Of a stretch of 64,000 bases of DNA, positions 9,910 to 19,182 are shown piece by piece (position 1 is the stretch's first letter; every line of letters starts with the position of its first letter). The notes under the pieces are model-generated. The model was given only the letters and a program-made list of their open reading frames with translations, made no database searches and was not told where the DNA came from. The stretch lies in the NCBI GenBank assembly GCA_003154195.1, contig PMCS01000029.1, positions 132,547 through 196,546 on the forward strand. Direction: 5' to 3'. The stretch is from Candidatus Omnitrophota bacterium (lineage in GTDB: Bacteria > Omnitrophota > Gorgyraeia > Duberdicusellales > 4484-171). Made by a program: the position numbers and the translations under genes.

Positions 9910-10260
9910 TTAATTTACCGCTATTCCATATGTACGAATTTCATACGAAAAAGTACTGTAGGGGTCTGTTAAGCCTGCGGGTGAAAGCGGGATAGGTTCT
10001 ATATGCGAATCTATTTGCATAGCAAGCCGGCGTAAAAGCATCATTTCTTTTATAGCATCACGGCCAAATTGCCTCGAAATAATCGCTATGTCAATATCGC
10101 TGTCTTTGGCCGCATTACCTTTAGCGTGTGAACCAAACAAAATCATCTTTGACACACGAATACCTTGCTTACGCAACAATACGGCAAATTTACGTATAGT
10201 TGTTTTATCTTTTGTTTTTATAGATGTTTTTGAAGCCATACCAATAATCCTCCGGTACAT
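9910..10260 (-). CDS. nucleotidyltransferase (MNT-type) antitoxin-like protein
   Basis: LFGSHAKGNAAKDSDIDIAI minimal NTase motif; overlaps HEPN partner. Confidence 0.75.
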   Translation of the reverse strand: MYRRIIGMASKTSIKTKDKTTIRKFAVLLRKQGIRVSKMILFGSHAKGNAAKDSDIDIAIISRQFGRDAIKEMMLLRRLAMQIDSHIEPIPLSPAGLTDPYSTFSYEIRTYGIAVN

Positions 10261-10559
10261 TTAATATATTTTGCCGAAAATACTTTTGTGGCTTTCTTAG
10301 CAAATTGAAGTTTATAATCATCGTACCGCGCCGCAATATTAAACGTACTGATTTCGGATAGATCAGTCTTATTTTTATCGTCAAGAACAATACCCGCTTT
10401 TTCCGCCAACCGCACTAAATCGTGCACAAACGGCGGCGCGCTATTGGTCTTTTTAACGATAACCGCCTTAAGCATTTTCTCAATGCATAAGTGACAGAAA
10501 AATAATGCGTGACTATAATTACCGCCGCGGCAAAATCTTCTTGCGATGATGTGCGCCAA
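10218..10559 (-). CDS. HEPN domain protein (HEPN/MNT pair)
   Basis: AEKxLKAVI...PPFVHDL...ARYDDY pattern typical of HEPN (PF05168-like) proteins paired with MNT. Confidence 0.6.
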   Translation of the reverse strand: MAHIIARRFCRGGNYSHALFFCHLCIEKMLKAVIVKKTNSAPPFVHDLVRLAEKAGIVLDDKNKTDLSEISTFNIAARYDDYKLQFAKKATKVFSAKYIKCTGGLLVWLQKHL

Positions 10560-10589
10560 TATTTTACGATATCCTGCTGTTTCATGTTG

Positions 10590-10880
10590 AAATTATAGTA
10601 TCATACCGGTTTCATCGGTCAAGATTTTTATCAAGGATTGACGTAAAAGTCTATAAAGATTATTAAATCTGTAAAGATCATAAAAATTGTAAAAACCACA
10701 TAAAACAAAAAAGCTTAATAAAATCAAAGATGCTTGATTTTATTAAGCTTTTTTGTTAAAAATGGCGGGGACGAAGGGACTCCATCCGTTAAATCAAAAT
10801 AAGCGTTGATTTCATTAGTTTATTTTACGTTTCATCGCTTTGGTGTGTAGTAAATTGGGTAGTAAAATCGATGTAATTTT
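10590..10880. repeat. ~230-bp direct repeat carrying a 17-nt copy of the tRNA-Asp 3' end (10763-10779) plus terminator hairpin; att-like boundary, copy 1
   Basis: Shares AAAAAGCCTAACAAAATCAAAAGATGCTTGATTTT(A/G)TTAGGCTT...AAAAATGGCGGGGACGAAGGGA and ~100 further nt with 13430-13660; left part also shared with the intact tRNA-Asp locus at 15590-15790. Confidence 0.8.
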
Positions 10881-10968
10881 TATTTAGCAGTTAGCAGTAA
10901 TTCTTCGATTTTATAGTATCGCGTACGCGGCGCGTTTTTGCAAGTTTCTTTGCCTACGTATCCTATAA

Positions 10969-11679
10969 TTATTGCTTTTCAAATATAAAATAGTTTTGAT
11001 AAGGCAGTAATGTCGAGTCTTCTTTTATTAATTTAAAGCCGGCCTTGCATACCAGCGATAACATTTCCTTGCCGCATATCTTTATATTTTCCGGCGGACC
11101 TTCCGGAAGCTTACCTTCTTTGAATTCGATGAGTATAAGCTTATCGCCTTTTTCCATTTCCAAATTTAATTTCGCAAGCCATTCGGCGCGTTTATTGACA
11201 TGGTGCAGTACATCACAGATAAATACTATATCCACATTTTTAGGTATTTTCGGATCTTCGTATGTAGCCAATACCGGTTCAATATTTTTAATCCCCGCAG
11301 ACATAGCTTTATGGTGGACATAACGCAGCATCTCCGGTTCCGTATCTATTACTATTACTTTCCCCTTAGGCAAGGCTCTTGAAAAACGGAAAGAAAAATA
11401 ACCCGAACCAGCGCCCAAGTCTACCAAAGTTTCGGAACCTTTTAAATTCAGTGAAGAAACTATCTCATTGGGCTTTTGCCAAACGTCTCTATCCTTTCTC
11501 TCCAAAAATTCAATGTATTTTTCTGTATCTTCGAACGGTTTCATGTTGTGTACATTGATTCCTTGTTTTCTTAGCGGGCATTCTATTGGAACTTTTATAT
11601 TCCCATTCCCGGAATAACCGCAACAAGCAGAGATAGCAAATAAGAAAACTGGCAAATATAGAACTTTTTTAATGTTCAC
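10969..11679 (-). CDS. class I SAM-dependent methyltransferase with N-terminal signal peptide/lipobox
   Basis: VDLGAGSGYFS motif I; MNIKKVLYLPVFLFAISACC leader; AT-rich islet. Confidence 0.65.
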   Translation of the reverse strand: MNIKKVLYLPVFLFAISACCGYSGNGNIKVPIECPLRKQGINVHNMKPFEDTEKYIEFLERKDRDVWQKPNEIVSSLNLKGSETLVDLGAGSGYFSFRFSRALPKGKVIVIDTEPEMLRYVHHKAMSAGIKNIEPVLATYEDPKIPKNVDIVFICDVLHHVNKRAEWLAKLNLEMEKGDKLILIEFKEGKLPEGPPENIKICGKEMLSLVCKAGFKLIKEDSTLLPYQNYFIFEKQ

Positions 11680-11722
11680 CTATACCTTTCTTTTTAGGTC
11701 TACGTTTGTGTATTATTAAGTT

Positions 11723-12121
11723 TTATATTTTAACTTCCGGATCTATATTCATTAAAAATTCGGCAGCCTTCTCAACACATCCTAAGCAAGACAGTTTCTT
11801 TAACCGCCTTATTTCCTCGCAAGTCAGGGCTCCGGCATGCCCGATAAAAAAAGCTTCGCATTCTTTACGTTTATATTTCCCGGTAAGCTCTAAAATATAC
11901 AAAGCAGAATAGAACGCACCGCAATAACCTCCCGGCGCCAAACCACCGCCACAATCAGCATGACTATCCAAATCTTTATGCGTAAAGTTACTTTTTTCAG
12001 AATAAGAACGCGACACTGATTCAGCGCAATTAAATTTTTCCCCGTTCTTTCCTAAAAAATAGTCTTTTGCTTTGTTTTTCATATTCTGCCGATTTAATGG
12101 CCGCACCCGTGTTGGGCACAA
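11723..12121 (-). CDS. Cys-rich putative redox protein (C_GCAxxG_C_C-like)
   Basis: CGGGLAPGGYCGAF...CLGCV cysteine pattern; family assignment tentative. Confidence 0.4.
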   Translation of the reverse strand: MCPTRVRPLNRQNMKNKAKDYFLGKNGEKFNCAESVSRSYSEKSNFTHKDLDSHADCGGGLAPGGYCGAFYSALYILELTGKYKRKECEAFFIGHAGALTCEEIRRLKKLSCLGCVEKAAEFLMNIDPEVKI

Positions 12122-12501
12122 GCATTTTGCATAGTTATCTCTTCAAGCCCGCCTTTGGTAAACTGGCTGACAATATCTGCAACTGTTCCCGGAATAGCCC
12201 GATAAATCTTAATCCCACCTTCGTTAAGCTTTTGAACTGCCCGAGCGCCCATCCCACCGGTAACCACGGCGTCAATTTTCTTACCCATTAACGCATTCAT
12301 TGGCTGGCACATACCGTGCTCATGATGCTGATTGGCATTATCAATGATTTCTACAGAGTCTTTCTCTGTATCGATAATTGTAAAATACGGCGCGCTGCCA
12401 AAATGTCCGTAGGCTAACGCTTTCATGCCTTCATTTGTTTCTGTTGGAATACATAATTTCATTTTATTGCTCCCTTCTTGGCTACGATAAGAGTTTGACA
12501 T
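12094..12501 (-). CDS. NifX/NifB-type dinitrogenase FeMo-cofactor-binding domain protein
   Basis: KIAIPTE-like start (KLCIPTETNEG), FGSAPYFTIID, AVVTGGMGARA motifs of PF02579; adjacent to DUF134 gene as commonly observed. Confidence 0.65.
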   Translation of the reverse strand: MSNSYRSQEGSNKMKLCIPTETNEGMKALAYGHFGSAPYFTIIDTEKDSVEIIDNANQHHEHGMCQPMNALMGKKIDAVVTGGMGARAVQKLNEGGIKIYRAIPGTVADIVSQFTKGGLEEITMQNACAQHGCGH

Positions 12502-13088
12502 ACATCCTTATAAACTTTAACAACCAATCCTGTTTTCTCTAAGTATTCCTTTACACCCAACAATGATAATTTAGACGCCTCATGCTTATGCCCATCTAAC
12601 GCATGCACCTTTTCCATAACTTTTTCGCCTTGTTTATTCAAATCGGCAATAATAAGTTTGTTTTTAGCCACCCTAATCATTTCCTTTAAACATTTAACCG
12701 GATTCTTAGCGTGATGGATAAAATTTACTGAAATCACATAATCAAAAGAGTTATCTTTGTATTTCAACCTCTCGGCATTCATAATCTTAAGCAATACAAA
12801 TTTATCGAGCTTAAGGCTTTTAAGTTTTAGCTTGGCTGCATTTTGAGCTTTTCTATCCAGATCTATAGAGACTAGCTTAAATCCATTTTTTGCCAAAACA
12901 ACCGCCATGTGGCCCCGACCCGTACCAACCTCTAACATCTTCCCCTCTGAAATTTTTGCTTTTTTAAGAATGAATTCTCTGGCTTTAGGGATATCATAAC
13001 CATGTCTCTTAAATAACTTCAGTCTATCTTGATCTTGTTTTATCAAATTATTCACCTTAACCAACCTTTTTAACAGTTCCGCCTTCAA
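12459..13088 (-). CDS. class I SAM-dependent methyltransferase
   Basis: LEVGTGRGHMAVVLA motif I; 209 aa. Confidence 0.65.
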   Translation of the reverse strand: MKAELLKRLVKVNNLIKQDQDRLKLFKRHGYDIPKAREFILKKAKISEGKMLEVGTGRGHMAVVLAKNGFKLVSIDLDRKAQNAAKLKLKSLKLDKFVLLKIMNAERLKYKDNSFDYVISVNFIHHAKNPVKCLKEMIRVAKNKLIIADLNKQGEKVMEKVHALDGHKHEASKLSLLGVKEYLEKTGLVVKVYKDVCQTLIVAKKGAIK

Positions 13089-13353
13089 TCTTTAATGCTT
13101 TAGTGTTTAAAAGAACGTCTGCTACTTTTCTATGGGCTGAATTTATAATATTACCGAACGTCTGTCGGGAAATATCCATTTTCTTAGCTGCATCCACCTG
13201 ATACAAACCTTCTAAGTCCGCAAGCCTCACTGCCTCCAATTCATCCAAGGTAAGATTAATCTCTTCCAGCACATCCAAAGGTATACCGCGAGGCTTGAAA
13301 TAATTTGCATCGGGATTACACCTTATTCTTCTACACCTACAAGGCCTAGACAT
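13057..13353 (-). CDS. DUF134 (UPF0251) predicted DNA-binding protein
   Basis: RPCRCRRI...YFKPRGIPL N-terminal signature and C-terminal HTH-like region. Confidence 0.65.
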   Translation of the reverse strand: MSRPCRCRRIRCNPDANYFKPRGIPLDVLEEINLTLDELEAVRLADLEGLYQVDAAKKMDISRQTFGNIINSAHRKVADVLLNTKALKIEGGTVKKVG

Positions 13354-13429
13354 ATACCTTCCTTTTAGTTATTGGCATATGCTAATAATACCACCTTAGC
13401 ATCATTCGTCAAGCTGAAAAGGTTTATAT

Positions 13430-13660
13430 AAAATTATAAAAATCCTGAAAATTGTAAAGATTATAAATCTAGTGAAAACCCCATAAAAACAAAAAAGCCT
13501 AACAAAATCAAAAGATGCTTGATTTTGTTAGGCTTCTTGCTTAAAAATGGCGGGGACGAAGGGAATCCATCCGTTAAATCGAAATAAGTGTTGATTTTAT
13601 TAGCTTATTTTATCTTTTTTCACTTTGGTGTGTAGTAATTTGGGTAGTAAAATTGATGAA
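13430..13660. repeat. ~230-bp direct repeat with tRNA-Asp 3'-end fragment (13548-13564); att-like boundary, copy 2
   Basis: See 10590-10880. Confidence 0.8.
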
Positions 13661-13721
13661 AATTTTTGGAGTTTTATTGCTATTGCGGTATCCGAAAAAA
13701 ATATTAATTGGAAAGGACGGG

Positions 13722-14330
13722 CTATCTCCAGCGTTCCGGACGGACAAATTGCTGATTGTCTATTTTTACAACATCGGGGAATTGACAACTGGCGAGATGC
13801 TTCTCTTTAAGTTTTATATGAAAGTCGGCAACTTGCTTTAATTCTTCCGCGCGCCTTCCGATAGGAATTACTATTCCAGTTTTTTTGGCCGGAAAAGTTT
13901 CCCTAACCGCTTTGATAGCGGGAATTAAATCACTATCGCCGGAAATAATTACCGCCGTATCCCAAATATCCATAACAGCGGTCTTAAAAAGTGATATGGC
14001 TATATTTACATCGGTTTGCTTTTCTTCAAAAGTTTGATACTTCTTTCGGCAATTTCGGCAAGTTTTATCTACACGCCTGAATGCTCCCAGCACCACGTCA
14101 ACTCCCGCCGATTCCAATATCCTTACATATTCACGATGGCGTTCCATTTTTGCAGCATCCCATGTGGCATATGTAGTAAAATAAGTTGTTTTAACAAGCT
14201 TATCATTGGGTGGGATTAATAATTCGGCGAGCCTTTTAAGATTGAGCCATTTATATTTGTGATATCTCGGCTCATCATTTAGAGAATGATAGAGATTAAA
14301 TCCGTCGACAAAAAAAGCTAGTCTGCCCAT
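13722..14330 (-). CDS. NYN (LabA-like) domain protein
   Basis: FVDGFNLYH...ISGDSDLIPA motifs typical of NYN/LabA nuclease fold. Confidence 0.65.
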   Translation of the reverse strand: MGRLAFFVDGFNLYHSLNDEPRYHKYKWLNLKRLAELLIPPNDKLVKTTYFTTYATWDAAKMERHREYVRILESAGVDVVLGAFRRVDKTCRNCRKKYQTFEEKQTDVNIAISLFKTAVMDIWDTAVIISGDSDLIPAIKAVRETFPAKKTGIVIPIGRRAEELKQVADFHIKLKEKHLASCQFPDVVKIDNQQFVRPERWR

Positions 14331-14559
14331 ATTATACCTATATAAAAAGTAAAAAACCCGAACTCACGAGAAGTTCGGGGCCAACGGGATATTATCCCAT
14401 TGGGATGATGGTTTTATTTTACATCTGGAAAGGCGATTGTCAATACCCTCGATCAATTTATACCATATAGCTTGTAAAATTGCCAACTCGTGGAAAAATT
14501 GCCCCCTTTTATACCAAGGCATAAAATTGTATGCCTTGGAATAAGAAGTATCAAGATCT

Positions 14560-15369
14560 TTATCCTTTTGGCTCTTTATTTTCTTCTTTATTACTTGACG
14601 CTATCGGTATACCTGATGACGGCATACCCACCATAATGGTATTGCCCGATGTTCCTCCAATTGTTTGAAGAATACGAAGCTGCATGAGAGCCGGATTGTC
14701 TTTTACTAAACTGGCGGCATTAGCCAAGTTTCTTAAAGCCGCTGCTTCGCCTCTGGCTTTTTCTAAAATAGCTAGCCCTTCTTTTCGCGCCTTCACTACT
14801 TGCGCGAACACATTTTTAAGTTCTCCGGGAAACATAATATCTTTAATGTCTGCGGCAATCAGCTTTACGCCTAATGCTGCAATTCGTTCTTTGGTTGATT
14901 CAGTCAGCCGCTTACCAAATTCGGAACGTTTTTCCATAAGCTCGTCGATAGCCGCTGAACCAATGATTTCCCGCGCGGCTAACTGCAGTATCAAATAAAC
15001 CGCTTCCTGGTAATTTTCAGTTTTGTTTATGGCTACAACGGGGTCGGTAATCTCATATTGAGCGGCAATGCTTATTTTTAAGGTAACGCCGTCCGAACTC
15101 AATATCTCTTGCCCTGGTACCGTCACAACTTTAGGACGTATGTCGACTTTCTGGATAACGGTATACATACGTAAAAACCAATGACAACCGGCATCAAGAA
15201 TTTTTACCAGTTTACCTTTCTGATACAACAGTCCCTTTTCATATTCAAAAACAATAGTTTTGCCGACAATTTTAAAAAAAACAATTAAAACAGCAATAAT
15301 TCCTAAGAGATAAAAAAACCACATATCGACCTCCTTTGTTTTTAAAAGGTTCTGCCTTAAAAAACCCAT
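14560..15369 (-). CDS. SPFH/band-7 (stomatin/slipin-like) membrane protein
   Basis: N-terminal TM then band-7 core (PGQEILSSDGVTLKISIAAQYEI...) and coiled-coil tail. Confidence 0.8.
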   Translation of the reverse strand: MGFLRQNLLKTKEVDMWFFYLLGIIAVLIVFFKIVGKTIVFEYEKGLLYQKGKLVKILDAGCHWFLRMYTVIQKVDIRPKVVTVPGQEILSSDGVTLKISIAAQYEITDPVVAINKTENYQEAVYLILQLAAREIIGSAAIDELMEKRSEFGKRLTESTKERIAALGVKLIAADIKDIMFPGELKNVFAQVVKARKEGLAILEKARGEAAALRNLANAASLVKDNPALMQLRILQTIGGTSGNTIMVGMPSSGIPIASSNKEENKEPKG

Positions 15370-15707
15370 ACTATAACAGCGGAGGTTTTATCCTACATAG
15401 CTGTTACCGCGTTGCCACTTAAAGCCGGGCCTTTTAAGACAGAACGTAGGGAATTGAACCCCTGGTTATCGCCAGGTGGAAGTGCAACTGCAAAACCGTC
15501 GGGAGATTCCAGACGATTGCCGGCATCTTCCAATTATTATTATCCCACGAACATCTGAAAATACAAGAATGCTGCAAGTTCTTTGTGACGTAAAATTATA
15601 CAAACCTTAAAGATTATAAAAGCTGTAAAAATCCTAAAAACCATAAAAACCAAAAAAGCCTAACAAAATCAAAAGATGCTTGATTTTATTAGGCTTTTTG
15701 TTAAAAA

Positions 15708-15786
15708 TGGCGGGGACGAAGGGATTTGAACCCTCGGTCACATGCGTGACAGGCATGGGTCTTGAACCGGGCTAGACGACGTCCCC
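15708..15786 (-). tRNA. tRNA-Asp (anticodon GTC), CCA encoded
   Basis: Cloverleaf readable by eye; anticodon loop CTGTCAC; its 3' 17 nt are duplicated at 10763-10779 and 13548-13564. Confidence 0.75.
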
Positions 15787-16049
15787 ATTTTTTCCTGCGG
15801 CTTTGCCGCAGGAAAAAATCTGTCAATCCGTCTTACGACGGATTGAAATAAAATTATAGCTTCAAATATTGTTTAGTCAACTTATCTTGTAAATTAATAA
15901 AGAACAACGTAATATTTATTTTTATGTTTTTCTGCTTCTAAAATCTATTTCGAAATGGCGGAAGGCATTTTCTCCGCAACTTGAAAAATGCGTAACCGTA
16001 TTTTTCAAGTTGCTATATTTTTTTTCGCTCTTAATAGAGCGAAAAAAAA

Positions 16050-16123
16050 TGGGCAATACAGGACTCGAACCTGTGATCCCTTCCATGTCAAGGAAGTGCT
16101 CTAGCCAACTGAGCCAATTGCCC
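16050..16123 (-). tRNA. tRNA-Val (anticodon GAC)
   Basis: GGGCAATTGGCTCAGTTGG...anticodon loop TTGACAT...GGTTCGAGTCC T-arm. Confidence 0.75.
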
Positions 16124-16338
16124 AAATGAGGCTTAGCCGAGTCCAAGTCCGAAGGACGCCGGACGAGGCTGTAGCCGAATTTGCCCGGCAAATGTTCAAA
16201 AATTGTCGAAGAGAATTTTTGAACGGTTTATGAGCCGGGACGAAAGATATGAAAACATGCCTAATATTTCAATGAGGACTTTCCCGCGTTTTTGACGCGG
16301 GAAAATTATACCATTCTTTTTGCCAAAGGCAAAAAGAA

Positions 16339-16423
16339 TGGGCGAGGAGGGAGTCGAACCCACACGTCCCTTACGGGACAGCAGATTTTAAGTCTGCGCT
16401 GTCTGCCATTCCAACACTCGCCC
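16339..16423 (-). tRNA. tRNA-Leu (anticodon TAA), class II with long variable arm
   Basis: Anticodon loop CTTAAAA; variable arm GTCCCGTAAGGGAC; GGTTCGACTCC T-arm. Confidence 0.75.
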
Positions 16424-16806
16424 AATTTTAATTTTTACTTCGTAAAAATTAAAATTGCCGCCCCCTTTTTACTGAACAAGTTCAGTAAAAAGGGGGAAAT
16501 GCATATAAAAGTGAGTAATTTTTCAATTTGTTAAACGATCGACAAGACTTTAAATATTTGCCGATTGTTATCTATTTTGGTTTTTGTTTCTTCTCTTTTC
16601 CCATCCACGAAGTGGATACCACTTTTTATTTCTGCCTATAGGCAGAAATAAAAAGGCGACGAGCGGATTTTTGAGCACCTTAATACATTATATAGCGAAA
16701 TCCCGCCGAGTATTTCAAAAATATCGAAGAGATTTTTGAAATGTTTACGAGACGGGAGAACCGCTCTCCCCCACCTTCCCGGATTCCCTATCCAAATTAC
16801 CAAACG

Positions 16807-16878
16807 AGGCGACGAGCGGATTTGAACCGCTGGATAGCGGTTTTGCAGACCGCTGCCTTACCACTTGGCTACGTCGCC
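16807..16878 (-). tRNA. tRNA-Cys (anticodon GCA)
   Basis: Anticodon loop CTGCAAA; 3' 17 nt duplicated at 16654-16670. Confidence 0.7.
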
Positions 16879-16891
16879 GATAAAAACCCGG

Positions 16892-17107
16892 TCAATCTTT
16901 ATCCTTGCCTTTATCCTTGACTCTTATTCTTCCTTCAGTAATCTCTCTTAGCGCGTTTTCTAAAGGTTTTTCTGAAGGCTTATCAATCAACGGTTTTTCA
17001 TTATCCGCCAACTGCAACGCGCGTTTTGCCGCCAGTATCGCCAGTTTATAAACCGATCCCTGGCTTGATCCCAGAAGATTTTCTACAAAAATATTGTAAC
17101 TGCTCAT
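16892..17107 (-). CDS. rpoZ: DNA-directed RNA polymerase subunit omega
   Basis: 71 aa; conserved KLAILAAKRALQL motif region; canonical yicC-gmk-rpoZ order. Confidence 0.8.
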   Translation of the reverse strand: MSSYNIFVENLLGSSQGSVYKLAILAAKRALQLADNEKPLIDKPSEKPLENALREITEGRIRVKDKGKDKD

Positions 17108-17108
17108 T

Positions 17109-17696
17109 CTATCTCCTTTTTTGTACGTCCAAAAAAATTGTTTCTAAAGTTTTCAAGGTCTCCTCTATTTTAGAGTTAATCACTAAATAGTCATAATGTT
17201 TAGCGTAGCATAACTCTTTTTTTGCCAGATGGATTCTTTCGGTTATTATTTCCGGGGAATCGGCCCGTTTTCTTAAACGCGAAAGTAATTCATGTTCGGT
17301 CGGGGCGGAGATAAAAATGGTAACTATTCTACCAAGTTTAAAATGTTTTTTCAAATACATCCCGCCCTTAACATCAATACATAAAACTAAGTCTTTTTTT
17401 TCGTCTTTAGCCTGCCGCCAGAATTTTTTAGGCGTACCGTAATAATTGTTGACGATTTTTTGGCTCTCCAATAAAAATCCCCGGCGTTTTAAATCAAGAA
17501 ATTTTGCCTGGGAAACAAAAAAATAATCTCTCCCCTCTTTTTCCCGGGGCCGCTTATGCCGGGTGGTAACGGTAATGCCTTTGATCAAGGAATTTTTAAG
17601 AGATTTTTTACGCAGGAGTTTATTCACCAGCGTGGTTTTGCCCGCTCCTCCCGGCCCGGATACTACAAAAATTTTTGAATTGTATTTGATGCTCAT
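17109..17696 (-). CDS. gmk: guanylate kinase
   Basis: P-loop SGPGGAGKTT; 195 aa. Confidence 0.85.
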   Translation of the reverse strand: MSIKYNSKIFVVSGPGGAGKTTLVNKLLRKKSLKNSLIKGITVTTRHKRPREKEGRDYFFVSQAKFLDLKRRGFLLESQKIVNNYYGTPKKFWRQAKDEKKDLVLCIDVKGGMYLKKHFKLGRIVTIFISAPTEHELLSRLRKRADSPEIITERIHLAKKELCYAKHYDYLVINSKIEETLKTLETIFLDVQKRR

Positions 17697-17762
17697 TTCT
17701 GCGGTACTTTCTTTTTCCGCGTAAGCGGTAGAGATTTATTTTTCGCTATGCTAAAAATAAAT

Positions 17763-18551
17763 CTATTCGATGTTCTGCGCTTGTTCCCTGATCCGCTCCA
17801 GATAATTTTTCGATTCGACAATCAATGAGCCTAAAGTAGCGTTGTTGGTTTTGCTGGAAGCGGTATTAAGTTCGCGCAAAATTTCCTGCATCAAAAAATC
17901 CATCGATTTACCCTGGGGGGCGCTGCCGACCGCGTTAACTTCTTTCTCCAGTTTATTGATATAGAAAGTCATCAAAGATATTTCTTCGTCAATATCGGTT
18001 TTCTCGGCGTCGTTACTTAAAATATGCGGTTTATTCTTTTGAATGTTTTGCGCGTTCTGTTTCAGGCGTTTTAAATTAGCCAGCATCTCTTTTTTAATAA
18101 TCGCCCCTTCTTTTTGTTTAAATACCAGCAGTTTATTAACCGCCTCGCGCACTGCCGGCACGATGATATTTTCTTCCCGCGACCCTTTCTCTTCCCAACC
18201 GATCACATGAGGAAGAGTGAATAATTTGTTTAATTGCAAATCGGTTTTGAGATTATATTTTTTGGAAAGGTTTTTAAGCTGCCGGATGTACATTGCCAAA
18301 ACCCGCTCATTTACATAAATATCGCCTTCTGCCGGGCCTTTTAAAAAGATGTATATTTCGATTTTCCCCCGCGATATCCTCCCTTTTACTTCCTTTTTTA
18401 TTCTCTCTTCCAAAAGTATCCTGTCCTGCGGAAGGTTGCGCACGGAAACCTCCAGATATTTAAAATTAAAAGAACGGACAATCACTTCCGCGCTGTGATC
18501 CTTGCTCTTCTTAAAAACATAAGCGTAACCGGTCATCGATCTCATGCCCAC
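17763..18551 (-). CDS. YicC/YloC family stress-induced protein
   Basis: N-terminal MRSMTGY...VRSFNFKYLEV signature; upstream of gmk as in many bacteria. Confidence 0.75.
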   Translation of the reverse strand: MGMRSMTGYAYVFKKSKDHSAEVIVRSFNFKYLEVSVRNLPQDRILLEERIKKEVKGRISRGKIEIYIFLKGPAEGDIYVNERVLAMYIRQLKNLSKKYNLKTDLQLNKLFTLPHVIGWEEKGSREENIIVPAVREAVNKLLVFKQKEGAIIKKEMLANLKRLKQNAQNIQKNKPHILSNDAEKTDIDEEISLMTFYINKLEKEVNAVGSAPQGKSMDFLMQEILRELNTASSKTNNATLGSLIVESKNYLERIREQAQNIE

Positions 18552-19048
18552 ACCTTCCTTTCTGATTTTTCTGCCACGATTATTTTCGTGGGGTAAAGTT
18601 CATATACTATTTCGTCAGGCTCAAACCAAAGCTTAATTTCCCTTTGGGCCTCATCGGGCGAACTGGAAGCATGTATTACGTTTTCATAAAGGCCGTTCGT
18701 CAAAATCCTTCCGTAGGCGCCGCGAATGCTTATCGGTTCCGCCTCTTCCGGGTTGGTCGCCCCGGCGATATCCCTTACTTTTTGTATCGCGTCCTTCCCC
18801 CAGTAAACCAACGCCATCACGCGGTTTTCACCGTGCAGAGAACCGGTAATATATTTAATGAGTTCCTGGAAAAACGGCTTATCCTTGAGATGGCTGTAAT
18901 GTTTCACCGCGAGCTCTTCTTCTACCACCATAACTCGCGCGCCGATAATTTTAAGTTTTGTTTCGGAAAGGCGGCTTAAGATATTTCCCGTGAGAGATTT
19001 CTTCAAACCGTCTGGTTTGATAATAACCAGCGTCGCTTCGTTGGGCAT
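18542..19048 (-). CDS. ndk: nucleoside diphosphate kinase
   Basis: NVIHASSSPDEA matches the NxxHxSD active-site region; 168 aa with C-terminal extension. Confidence 0.8.
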   Translation of the reverse strand: MPNEATLVIIKPDGLKKSLTGNILSRLSETKLKIIGARVMVVEEELAVKHYSHLKDKPFFQELIKYITGSLHGENRVMALVYWGKDAIQKVRDIAGATNPEEAEPISIRGAYGRILTNGLYENVIHASSSPDEAQREIKLWFEPDEIVYELYPTKIIVAEKSERKVWA

Positions 19049-19061
19049 CTGATTCTCCTTA

Positions 19062-19182
19062 ACTTGGTAAAGGTTATGGTAATGAAGCCGGTATAAAAAC
19101 TTGGTTAAGGTAAAGGTTTTAAGATTAGTATCAACCTTCGCCTTGCCTTAACCCAAACCGGCATCGTAACCTTAACCTATAT
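19062..19182. repeat. family 1 (GGTTAAGG-type) intergenic repeat, shorter copy between parB and ndk
   Basis: Shares GGTTAAGG...CCGGCATCGTAACCTTAACC ends with other copies. Confidence 0.6.
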
